DNA of 32,000 nt. It comes from Ruminococcus albus 7 = DSM 20455. Its GTDB lineage: Bacteria; Bacillota; Clostridia; Oscillospirales; Ruminococcaceae. The notes under the pieces were generated by a model. The model was not told the origin of the DNA. It saw only the letters and a program-made list of their open reading frames with translations, and did no database searches. Numbering within the stretch: the stretch's first letter is position 1; each line of letters opens with the position of its first letter. Positions 17,936-26,255 of the stretch are shown one piece after another. A program made the position numbers and the translations under genes. The stretch covers positions 180,001 to 212,000 of the forward strand of contig NC_014825.1 of assembly GCF_000179635.2 (NCBI RefSeq), given 5' to 3'.

Positions 17936-19021
17936 TTAAGCTCCCATCGTCATGAGGTCCATGCAGGACTTCTTGTGGCTCATTGACGAATGCACATATC
18001 GGTCAAGAGTAATCTGGGACGACGAGTGTCCGAGTATCTCAGAGAGCGTCTTAACGTCAAATCCGATCTCAATCGCTTCTGAAGCCATTTTATGGCGGAG
18101 ACTATGGTAGGTGAAGCTGCCGAGCCCGAGCCTGTTAAGTATGCTCTTAAATCGGTATTGCAGCGTTCTCGGCTCAATAGGCGTACCCGTTCCCGTCAGC
18201 ACATAGCTGTCGGGCTTTCTTTTTAACTCCGTAAGCATCGGCACAAGGCACTCGGGAATGGGTATCTCACGCTTGGATGACTGGCTTTTAGGCTCTGTTA
18301 TGATGATTTTTGTCTTGCTTTTGCCGTCATAATTCTGTATGCGCTGTATAGTGTGTCTGACGTAAAGCACACGCTTTTCTATGTCAATATCCTGCCAGCT
18401 GAGAGCACAAACCTCGCCTATTCTCATGCCCGTAAAAAGCGACAGCGCCACGGCGAGAGTCGTTTCGTTATGGTTCGTATTTATGTAGTACACGAGCTTT
18501 CTCTTTTCCTCGGCAGTCATAATATTTATCTCGGGCTTCGCTTTCTTGGGCATCACCACGCCCTCGATCACGTTTGTAATGTTGTACTCGTTCGCTGCAT
18601 AGCGGTACATCGCCTTCATCACTGTAATTATATCGCCCACATACCTTGCTGAAAGCCCCTGACTCAGCTTTTTCTGGATAAATTCGGAGATCATCCTTGT
18701 CTTGATCGAAGCGCATACTTTAGCCCCAAATTCGGGCAGTATATGGCGTTCTATTTTCATGCGGTAGTTGGAAGCGGTGGAATCCTTTATCCTGTTTTTC
18801 ATAACAAAAAGCCATTCCCACGCAAGCTCTCTGACGGTCATTACCGTTATGCTCTCACCGCTTGTGTTCCTGCCGCCTGTTTCCTCCATCATCTTGTATT
18901 CCGCTTCTTCCTGCGTTTTACCGTAGAAGGAGCGGTATTTTTTATGTCCGTCTTTATCTTCAACACGAATGCGGCACTCCCAGCGCCCGTCCTTTCTTTT
19001 GTACGTTGTTCCCTTATTCAT
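17936..19021 (-). CDS. tyrosine-type site-specific recombinase (int2), paralog of int1
   Basis: GMRIGEVCALSWQDID, HSLRHKMAS, LGHS and RYVHS. Colinear with int1 from GTTY.RKDGRWE to the C-terminus. TTG start at 19021-19019 preceded by GGAGG. Confidence 0.9.
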   Translation of the reverse strand: MNKGTTYKRKDGRWECRIRVEDKDGHKKYRSFYGKTQEEAEYKMMEETGGRNTSGESITVMTVRELAWEWLFVMKNRIKDSTASNYRMKIERHILPEFGAKVCASIKTRMISEFIQKKLSQGLSARYVGDIITVMKAMYRYAANEYNITNVIEGVVMPKKAKPEINIMTAEEKRKLVYYINTNHNETTLAVALSLFTGMRIGEVCALSWQDIDIEKRVLYVRHTIQRIQNYDGKSKTKIIITEPKSQSSKREIPIPECLVPMLTELKRKPDSYVLTGTGTPIEPRTLQYRFKSILNRLGLGSFTYHSLRHKMASEAIEIGFDVKTLSEILGHSSSQITLDRYVHSSMSHKKSCMDLMTMGA

Positions 19022-19060
19022 ATATTCCTCCGTTTAATTCTTACTTTTTACATTTTTTTC

Positions 19061-19090
19061 ATTGACAAACACCGCAAAATCGTGTATAAT
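19061..19090 (+). promoter_or_regulatory. consensus sigma-70-type promoter pointing away from int2
   Basis: TTGACA (19061-19066), 18-nt spacer, TATAAT (19085-19090). Both hexamers are perfect. Confidence 0.55.
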
Positions 19091-19126
19091 AGTAGTGTTG
19101 AGATAGTGCTATGATGGCATTTCTCA

Positions 19127-19146
19127 AAATCACAGACTTTGCGAAA
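19127..19146. repeat. right arm of the perfect 20-bp inverted repeat (IRR)
   Basis: AAATCACAGACTTTGCGAAA is the exact reverse complement of 17850-17869. A partial extra half-site GACTTTTGCG lies at 19164-19173. Confidence 0.95.
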
Positions 19147-19202
19147 CCCTTACAGCAAAAAAAGACTTTTGCGCTGTATAGGGCTTTTTTTATAAAAATT
19201 TT

Positions 19203-19240
19203 TCCGGGGACGATGACGGCACCGCCCCGGATTTTTACCG
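19203..19240. terminator. GC hairpin flanked by A/T tracts just downstream of the 1424-aa gene (possibly bidirectional)
   Basis: TCCGGGG (19203-19209) pairs with CCCCGGA (19225-19231) around a 15-nt loop. It is preceded by AAAAATTTTT and followed by TTTTTA on the plus strand. Confidence 0.5.
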
Positions 19241-22200
19241 TCAGCGTTTTGGCTTCTTCGCTACCGGCTTTTTCTGTTCCTCCTGTTCCTGCTTGTGCTC
19301 ACGTTCGGGAGCCTTGAAGGATCTGAGTTCCTTGAAACCAAAAGTATCCACATAGTAAGCCTTTCCCTTTGCGACAACAACATCTGATACAGACAAGCTG
19401 TGTCCTTTGAAGTCCGCAGGGTGGTCAACATTGAATTTTGTATAGACGGCTTCAAGCTGCCTGCCTATGGTATCCCCCGTCTTTTCAAAAGGAGAATAGT
19501 CGCCCTCATACACCTTGTCATAGGTCGAAATGTCGGGCTTCTTCCCCTGTTCCGCAAGCCGTTCCAGGCTGATGAAGCGCATATCGCGGGTATCATCACC
19601 GCCTTTGAGCTGATAGATCTCGAATGTAGGCTTGTCCTGTGAGGGAATAGGCTGTGTAGGCGAAGCGATAGCAGCTTTCAGCGCGTCATTACAAGCGAAG
19701 TAGTCGCCATAGCACAATACGCCGGTCTGATTGTAGTTTCCATCGTTATTATCGAGGGTGTACTTCACAAGCATATGCGTAGTATCGGGCTTATCGTCGC
19801 ACTTTTCTATGCGGTACTGATTTGGTGCAAGCCCCTGTGACGGATCATACATACGGGCTGATATTTCGTCGATAGTCTGCGGGTGCATAAGCTCAACGTG
19901 AGCCTCGCCCTTACGCTTTTCATACACTTCCATAAGTGCTTCTTTTGCATCGGGTACTGACGATATGCCGTCCTTTACGACAGTTACAATACCGTCAGCA
20001 GCAATGCCCACAACAGCATACTTGCCGTTGTTGTTCTGACGTACCCCGTAATACTCGGTCGGAAAATCGGCTGTCCCAGCGGTGTCTATCCTATGCTCAT
20101 ACGCCGCCTTGAAACGCTCAAATTCCTCCTTGTTTTCGGGGGCGTATGTTTTCTCTGAGAGCATATCATAGACCTCGGGTGTCATATCGCCTGTCCCTGG
20201 CATACCGTTTGCATCAATGTAATGTGCGTTTATCTTAGTGACCTTTTTGTAGAAGTCGGCAGCGGGCAGACCGCTTTCTTTCTGCTCACGATCGTATGCG
20301 TCATTGTCCAGCCAGCCAATGCCCTCAACAAAATATTCATCGGCAGAAGTATTGTAATACTTGGTTTCGGGGATACCCCTGAAATCGTCCGAGATAGACA
20401 CCTTTTCCACCGCAAGCAGGTACTTGTCCTTGAAAAAGTCAGGAAGCTCCTTCTTTTCTTCAACAACAGCGTGTTCTCTCTGTAAATGGAATTTCTTGTC
20501 GATCAATTCCTCAAAAAGATGGTTCATGATGACGGGGTGTGTTTCCGTGAGATATTTCAGCCTTGTTTTGTCGCTGTCAAACATATACTGCCGCGCCATA
20601 TCCTTGACCTCATTTGTAAAACGTCCGTCCTGCATTTTTAGCTGTATCGTCGCAGCGACCGTATACATAGCACGTTCGATACCAAACTTGTCCGTGAGGG
20701 TCTGAACGAACCCCGACAGGTTTCTGTTCTCATACGCGGAGTGGATATTCTGCTCAATGTAGTCACGGCAAGCCTGCGAAGCCTTTATGCTTGCTTGCAG
20801 ATCTGAGATCCGCCCATTCATTTTCGCATCCATGTAGGACTCCACCACGACAGGAACGGACTTGTAATCAAAAACAGCATTTGACCGCGGCGGCATATCC
20901 GAGAGCGTATCAAAAAGCGCATCGGGAATAGTGCCGCCCTGTCTTGGGATATTATCGAAATCTCCCGTGAATGGACGAGCGTTTCCGAAGCCGCCTCTGT
21001 CAGCATAAGCCGGTGCGCCGTATGCCGGCTGATTGTTCTGCTGATAATTATTCTGGTTATTGGTGCGGCTGTTCTGAGAATACATCTGCTTTACCTCAGC
21101 GACCGCCGCTTCATAGCGAGGAATATCAGCCTTGTTTATGGTTATCGTGGTCGTATATCCTTTACGCAAACCGCTGAACCTAACGCCGTACTCATTCAAC
21201 TTCTGTGCGATATTATCGGCGTGACGATTTTTCAGCTTCGGATAATACTGTAAATCGGTTTTCTGTCCCAACTGGTCATAGGGTGTGTTGCCGATGACAT
21301 TCGGATTGCTCTGCTGCGGCTGTGCCGGCTGATTATTGTAGCCATTCTGCTGAAACGCCCCCTGCTGTCTGCCGCTCGTCATATTACCGAGCCTTTGCAG
21401 CAGCACATTAGCTTCACCGGATACCTGTGCATCACCTACAGTGCTTACGACCTTACTCAGAAAAGTATTTATGCTCTGAACATCGCCATTGGCGATATTA
21501 TTCGCAACACTTTGTATACCGCGCTCACGGTCGCCTGCAACATTGCGGTATCCGTTTGTGTTGTAGTTATACATAAATGCTTCGATGTCACGCGCAAGCA
21601 TATCGGGACTGTCATTATTCTGCTGATAACCGCCGCCCTGCCTGCTGTTGTTACGCTGATCGTACATCTGCTTGACCTTATCGACCGCCGCTTCGTAGCG
21701 AGGAATATCCGCTGAATTTATGGTAATCGTAGTAGTGCCGCCCTTTATCACGCCGCTGTATCTGATACCGTCCGCATCGAGCTGGCGAGCGATATTCTGA
21801 GCGTGTTTATTGTTCAGCCCCTTGTAATACTGGAGCTGTCCCCTGCCGCCAAGCTGATCGTAAGGCGTGTTGCCGATAATGTTACTGTTCCTCTGCTGAT
21901 AGCCGCCCTGCTGCGGAAAATTTCTCTGATTGTAGCTATCATAAAACTGCTGATTTCTCACGTTTCCTAAACCTCCCTTGTCGAAATCAAGTTCCGCCGA
22001 ATACTGATACTCGCTTAATGCTATGTTTGCCGTGTCGGGAGCATTACGCACCTCGTCTATGCTTGTCGCCTGTTTTCCTTCGATGAAAACATCAAGACCC
22101 CTGCCCCACATTTCAATAGCTTCCGCTTTCGATACGGGGTACAAATCGGGGTTATCCTCGGCAGCAACAATGCGCTTCGGCTCTTTTTCAATACCGTACA

Positions 22201-23515
22201 GACCGGAGAAGTTTTCAATCTCCTCACGGCTTTCAGCCATGCCCTCTGTACCGTCTGGATACAAAAGATAGACTGCTTCACCCCTATCATAAGCGGCGAG
22301 GGCCTCCTCAGTTGTATCAATAGGGTTCATATACTGAAAGTCGTAGCCGTAGCTATTGCGCTGATTTATCGTGTTGGCGGTATCATCGATAGTTTTGAAC
22401 ACCGATCCGATATCCGTTTCATTTTCAGCCAGCTCCATGATTTTTGCGGTGTCGCTGTCCTCAAAAACAACTCCGTTCTGCTGAACTATATCGAGATACA
22501 TTTCCGCCTTCTGAACATTTGATAATTCGGTATCGTCCATAATTTCGTTGACCGTCAGATCACGCTTTTTGTATTTCAGAAGTTCCGAGTCAATAGCCGT
22601 GAAAAGTGTCTGCGATGTTTTCTGAATTTCATCAAGAAACTTGTTCAGTTGGTCAAGCTGTTTTCCCTCCGACCATGAAGCAATATACGGGAAAGAATAG
22701 TCCGAAGTGTTAACCCCCAGCTTCTCGCAGACGATAAATGCAATTGATTCCGCCTGCACCTCTTTTTCATTTCGTGGTGATTTGGTCGTAACGATCTTTT
22801 TATCGGGATCGTGCAGCAGACAGTGAGCAGATTCGTGAACGACAGTCTTTAGCACCTGCTCGCCGCTCATACCTGTCTTTATTATAATACTTTTTGCCGA
22901 GGGACTGTAGTATCCTTTTGCGCCTCCGGTTATGGTGCGATACTCAGGTGCAATCCCCGTTGCTTTCTTTATCCCCTTGAAAATAACGTTCAGCTTTTCT
23001 TCGTCTATCTCGCCCACAAGCTCCTGAACAGGGTCAGGGATTGGCTTTCCGTCCGTCTGCGAAAGGTCGAAAACATACTGTTTCTTGAACCGCATTTCAA
23101 CAATGTTCTTTTCCACCGTTTCCATCTGTTCGGTGCCGTCATCGTTATACAGTTTATTTCCCCACTCGTCCTCCGCCTGACGTTCTATCTCTACAAACTG
23201 ATTAGTTTTATGGGGAACGGGCGACATTATGATAATGCCGCTTTCTCCTTTGTTGACAGAGCGACCAAGTTTCTTCCACAGCCCGAACGAACCCACAAGA
23301 GTCGCGTCCGGGCGCTGTAAATTGATAAGCATCGTATTTCTCGCAGAGTAGTCAGTGAACTTCGACACGAATTTCAGATACTCCTTGTACTTCTCCGATG
23401 AAAATACTGCGTGCACACCGTTATCAATACGCTTGAATATATCCTGCATTTCCTGTTGCAGCCTTCGCTGATACTCGGCACGTTCCTCGGGGGTAAAACT
23501 CTTTTTCCAAGCCAT
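19241..23515 (-). CDS. 1424-aa polyvalent conjugative-element protein: ArdC-N-like ssDNA-binding domain, HExxH zincin, duplicated 74-aa module, DUF3849-like and YodL-like domains
   Basis: N-terminal YSARNTMLINLQ...WKKLGRSVNKGESGI (ArdC-N pattern). HESAH at 22823-22837. ASQACRDYIEQNI...FGIERAMYTVAATIQLKMQDGRF...THP (DUF3849-like). C-terminal FEIYQLKGG...GHSLSVSDVVV...YYVDTFGF (YodL-like). GGGGGAG RBS. Confidence 0.85.
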   Translation of the reverse strand: MAWKKSFTPEERAEYQRRLQQEMQDIFKRIDNGVHAVFSSEKYKEYLKFVSKFTDYSARNTMLINLQRPDATLVGSFGLWKKLGRSVNKGESGIIIMSPVPHKTNQFVEIERQAEDEWGNKLYNDDGTEQMETVEKNIVEMRFKKQYVFDLSQTDGKPIPDPVQELVGEIDEEKLNVIFKGIKKATGIAPEYRTITGGAKGYYSPSAKSIIIKTGMSGEQVLKTVVHESAHCLLHDPDKKIVTTKSPRNEKEVQAESIAFIVCEKLGVNTSDYSFPYIASWSEGKQLDQLNKFLDEIQKTSQTLFTAIDSELLKYKKRDLTVNEIMDDTELSNVQKAEMYLDIVQQNGVVFEDSDTAKIMELAENETDIGSVFKTIDDTANTINQRNSYGYDFQYMNPIDTTEEALAAYDRGEAVYLLYPDGTEGMAESREEIENFSGLYGIEKEPKRIVAAEDNPDLYPVSKAEAIEMWGRGLDVFIEGKQATSIDEVRNAPDTANIALSEYQYSAELDFDKGGLGNVRNQQFYDSYNQRNFPQQGGYQQRNSNIIGNTPYDQLGGRGQLQYYKGLNNKHAQNIARQLDADGIRYSGVIKGGTTTITINSADIPRYEAAVDKVKQMYDQRNNSRQGGGYQQNNDSPDMLARDIEAFMYNYNTNGYRNVAGDRERGIQSVANNIANGDVQSINTFLSKVVSTVGDAQVSGEANVLLQRLGNMTSGRQQGAFQQNGYNNQPAQPQQSNPNVIGNTPYDQLGQKTDLQYYPKLKNRHADNIAQKLNEYGVRFSGLRKGYTTTITINKADIPRYEAAVAEVKQMYSQNSRTNNQNNYQQNNQPAYGAPAYADRGGFGNARPFTGDFDNIPRQGGTIPDALFDTLSDMPPRSNAVFDYKSVPVVVESYMDAKMNGRISDLQASIKASQACRDYIEQNIHSAYENRNLSGFVQTLTDKFGIERAMYTVAATIQLKMQDGRFTNEVKDMARQYMFDSDKTRLKYLTETHPVIMNHLFEELIDKKFHLQREHAVVEEKKELPDFFKDKYLLAVEKVSISDDFRGIPETKYYNTSADEYFVEGIGWLDNDAYDREQKESGLPAADFYKKVTKINAHYIDANGMPGTGDMTPEVYDMLSEKTYAPENKEEFERFKAAYEHRIDTAGTADFPTEYYGVRQNNNGKYAVVGIAADGIVTVVKDGISSVPDAKEALMEVYEKRKGEAHVELMHPQTIDEISARMYDPSQGLAPNQYRIEKCDDKPDTTHMLVKYTLDNNDGNYNQTGVLCYGDYFACNDALKAAIASPTQPIPSQDKPTFEIYQLKGGDDTRDMRFISLERLAEQGKKPDISTYDKVYEGDYSPFEKTGDTIGRQLEAVYTKFNVDHPADFKGHSLSVSDVVVAKGKAYYVDTFGFKELRSFKAPEREHKQEQEEQKKPVAKKPKR
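21080..21301 (-). repeat. coding tandem-duplication unit 2 (74 aa)
   Basis: NVIGNTPYDQLGQKTDLQYYPKLKNRHADNIAQKLNEYGVRFSGLRKGYTTTITINKADIPRYEAAVAEVKQMY. Lies 582 nt (194 aa) downstream of unit 1. Confidence 0.9.
21662..21883 (-). repeat. coding tandem-duplication unit 1 (74 aa) inside the polyvalent protein
   Basis: NIIGNTPYDQLGGRGQLQYYKGLNNKHAQNIARQLDADGIRYSGVIKGGTTTITINSADIPRYEAAVDKVKQMY. 51/74 positions identical to unit 2 by hand alignment. Confidence 0.9.
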
Positions 23516-23528
23516 TCTTTACTCCCCC

Positions 23529-24002
23529 TTAAAGCTCGTCATATTCCGATAAATAACTATAATCGGAAATGGTTATGCCCTTGCCTTCGATCATGCTTTT
23601 CAGCTCATCGGGGGTAATCACCTTATGCGGCTGATCTCCGATAGTTATGACTTCCTCATCAACCGCCGCCATGCGTTCGTTATAGCGTTCTCTATACTCA
23701 GCCCGCCACTGCTGCCGCAGTTCCAGTGCCGCATTGAAAACCTCATAAACGTATCTGCTCGCAAGATCGGCAACGGTGCATTTGCCCGAAACAAAGTCAT
23801 TGTCAATTTTATCGAGCAAAATTGTATCATCATGTTTCTTTTGATACATCATGAGCTTGACAACCACTCTGCCACTGATGTAAAATGTAAGTACGGCGGT
23901 ATATCCGTGAACAAATACCTTAACCTCGGTGCTCTGATTTTTCACGCTGACAGCGTACTCTTTGAAGCCGCACATAAGGGCTTCATTCTGCACCAGCGTC
24001 AT
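23529..24002 (-). CDS. hypothetical 157-aa protein with an acidic C-terminus
   Basis: Open frame in the operon; its stop lies within the RBS region of the downstream 1424-aa gene. No recognisable motif. ATG at 24002 (ORF call begins at the GTG at 24005). Confidence 0.5.
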   Translation of the reverse strand: MTLVQNEALMCGFKEYAVSVKNQSTEVKVFVHGYTAVLTFYISGRVVVKLMMYQKKHDDTILLDKIDNDFVSGKCTVADLASRYVYEVFNAALELRQQWRAEYRERYNERMAAVDEEVITIGDQPHKVITPDELKSMIEGKGITISDYSYLSEYDEL

Positions 24003-24048
24003 CACGCTTTTCTGAAAATCACGGTATAGATCTATTTTCTTGATATTA

Positions 24049-25164
24049 TCATCTCCCTCTGTGTTTTGCAGGCTTTGGTATTCCGGGCTTGTCTGCGATG
24101 ACCTTGCTTTCGGAAAGCTCCTGCTTCTGTTTCTGTTCCATCATCTGCTTTACCGCCTGCGCCGTTCTAAGCCTGTATGCCGTGTCCTCAATAGCAGTAT
24201 CTATCTCGGCAACTCCGTGAAGCTGGGTCATCGTGTCCCACTCCTGGTAAATTTCATCAAGAACGTTATCCGTATCAAGCAAAACTTGCAAATCATCGGG
24301 GCTTAATGAAGTCATATTAGTGTTGCAAAAATCAACAATATAGTCCTTGTTGTAGATCTCATACGCCGACTTGATTATCCTATCCGGGTCGCCCTGCTTC
24401 AGTTCAGCTATATATTTTTCATACTCCCCCGCCACCTTATCCGCAAGTTTTGACATTCCTTTATTTACCTGAAAATCGGAATACTTCTGGTCGAGGATAT
24501 ACGGTGTGAGCTTTTCTATGTTTTCACCCATACTGCTTTTCAGGTATTCGCTGAACTGTAACCAGTCGGGCTGCTCGATTATCTTGAATATTGCCGCCGC
24601 CAGCCGATGATCGTCAAATCTCATGCGGTCGCCCTCGGCAAGTGCAGCATCAATATCTTTGAAGGTGGATAAATGCTCTCCCGAATATTCAGAGGTCAGC
24701 GTCATACCAAGTGCCGCCATTTCACGGGCAAGTCCGGGGTCAAGAAATAACCCCTTATCGCCAGCGTAATATGCTCCCGATTTTACAAACTCCGCAAGCT
24801 CACGGTAGGTCTTTTGAGTATCATTTTCCGCTACAAAAAGATTTACCGCAGTTCTTCTCGGAAGCTCTCTGTCAATGGATTCGAGAAAGGCACCGAGGTC
24901 ACGCTCATTGCGGTTGGAATTGACCGAGCTGTGCGCTATCTGCATCACATCAAAATTATCTATCAGCCTTGTGTCGCAGGCGTGTATCAGCTCATCAACT
25001 GTTCTGGGGCTGTACCGTGTGCTCGCAAAAACAACGGCGGTCGGGGCATAGGAAGAAATAAAGTCGAGCGTTCTGTCGGAATAATTCATCTCTAAGACTT
25101 TTGCGAACATATACGGATCAAGCAGGTTGGAAAGCTGTTTCAGATTGTCATCTCTGCTGTTCAT
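24049..25164 (-). CDS. uncharacterised ICE protein, paralog P1 of a four-member tandem family (C-terminal DUF3848-like region)
   Basis: Shares with P2-P4 the blocks D(L/V)(L/M)(H/Q)I..(Y/S)S, KSGAY(Y/Q/F), GD.(I/M) and PDW..F. The C-terminal half (GDPDRIIKSAYEIYNKDYI...LDEIYQEW) resembles DUF3848. GGGGGAG RBS; ATGA overlap with P2. Confidence 0.7.
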   Translation of the reverse strand: MNSRDDNLKQLSNLLDPYMFAKVLEMNYSDRTLDFISSYAPTAVVFASTRYSPRTVDELIHACDTRLIDNFDVMQIAHSSVNSNRNERDLGAFLESIDRELPRRTAVNLFVAENDTQKTYRELAEFVKSGAYYAGDKGLFLDPGLAREMAALGMTLTSEYSGEHLSTFKDIDAALAEGDRMRFDDHRLAAAIFKIIEQPDWLQFSEYLKSSMGENIEKLTPYILDQKYSDFQVNKGMSKLADKVAGEYEKYIAELKQGDPDRIIKSAYEIYNKDYIVDFCNTNMTSLSPDDLQVLLDTDNVLDEIYQEWDTMTQLHGVAEIDTAIEDTAYRLRTAQAVKQMMEQKQKQELSESKVIADKPGIPKPAKHRGR

Positions 25165-26255
25165 CTTGCTCCCCCTTTCTTTTTCGGCAGCTGCGGTTTA
25201 TCCGCAAGTATATCTTCGTTTTTGGATTTTGACCTTTTCTGCTGTTCCAGAATACTGTCTGCCGCATACTCCATAGCTTTCGGAATATCGTCATAGGTTT
25301 TGAGATACTCGCGTTTCAGCCAAGCGGAATATATCTCATCAAGAGGGTTCTCGGCTGACATCAGCGCACCATACTGCTCCTCGGTAATATCCGCAGGCTC
25401 GGATTCAATATATGACTGAATGTTGGTTTTTACAGTGATCTCGTAACTGCACTTTATGGCTTCATCGACACCCTGCTCACGAATACCGTGGATAAAGGCT
25501 TCAAAGTTTCTGTCAACCTTACGGCTGAGTTCAATGTTCAGCTCCTCCACACGGTACTCCTGATAAGCTTCCACCAGTCCGTCAACGGTCATGTGTTCAA
25601 TGTCCTCCATATCTTCCGCTATGTAATTACGAAAATCTTCCCAATCGGGATTGCTCCGCATTTCGTTTATCTTCACAGCAAGTGCCGACCTTGAAAAAGT
25701 GATGCTGTCACCATCCGCAATGGTCTGCTCGATGTCTTTTACAAGATAAAAATCGTTGCTCTTGTCGTATGCGAAAAGCTCTATGCCCAGCTTGTTGATC
25801 TCACGGGCTACATCGGGATCGAGAGCAACAAAAGTGTTGTCGCCAACCTGATACGCACCCGATTTCACCATCGAATATATCTCATTATAGCTCCAGTCCT
25901 CGAACTTCGCCGCTACCAAAATGCGTGAAGCGGTCTGTGTGTCCAGCCCTGCGGCAATAGAAGAAAAATAGTCGTTAAAATACTTCTCACTGCCGCCGGA
26001 AACCAAGCTGTAATTTGTGATATGGAGAAGATCGCCCATAGTTATTATATTGCTGTCAAAAGCCTTGACAAGACGCTCCACACCCTCATTACTAAGTTTT
26101 GTATGCGCCAGCCTGTCGGCAAGCTCGCGGCTGTTGTTCGCCATGACCTCTAACACATAGTCGGGAAAATGATGACTAACGATCTTTGCGTATTCCGCAT
26201 TATCGACCATGTTGCACAGCTTCTCCATGCTTTCTGCTCGTGTAATATTGCTCAC
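25161..26255 (-). CDS. uncharacterised ICE protein, paralog P2
   Basis: Same block structure (GDLLHITNYS, MVKSGAYQVGD, NPDWEDF, AIKCSYEITVK...LDEIYSAW). The start appears to be the GTG at 26255 overlapping the P3 stop (GTGA). Start uncertain because AGGAGG abuts the GTG. Confidence 0.65.
   Translation of the reverse strand: MSNITRAESMEKLCNMVDNAEYAKIVSHHFPDYVLEVMANNSRELADRLAHTKLSNEGVERLVKAFDSNIITMGDLLHITNYSLVSGGSEKYFNDYFSSIAAGLDTQTASRILVAAKFEDWSYNEIYSMVKSGAYQVGDNTFVALDPDVAREINKLGIELFAYDKSNDFYLVKDIEQTIADGDSITFSRSALAVKINEMRSNPDWEDFRNYIAEDMEDIEHMTVDGLVEAYQEYRVEELNIELSRKVDRNFEAFIHGIREQGVDEAIKCSYEITVKTNIQSYIESEPADITEEQYGALMSAENPLDEIYSAWLKREYLKTYDDIPKAMEYAADSILEQQKRSKSKNEDILADKPQLPKKKGGAR

Noticed and set aside
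17785-19243. 13-bp direct repeat ATTTTTACCGTCA (17785-17797 and 19231-19243) as a possible att core flanking int2
   Set aside because: Several exact 13-mer matches are expected by chance in 32 kb (about 5e8 pairs divided by 4^13, roughly 8). The second copy overlaps the terminator T-tract and the stop codon of the 1424-aa gene.
19111-19317. 68-aa plus-strand ORF downstream of the consensus promoter
   Set aside because: It has no Shine-Dalgarno sequence, reads through the terminator hairpin and continues antisense into the 3' end of the 1424-aa gene. It is more likely non-coding.
24011-24025. Third partial copy of the inverted-repeat sequence (TTCTGAAAATCACGG versus TTCTCAAAATCACAG at 19121-19135)
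   Set aside because: Only 13/15 match, homology stops before the GACTTTGCG core, and I found it post hoc. That is too weak to call a recombination site.
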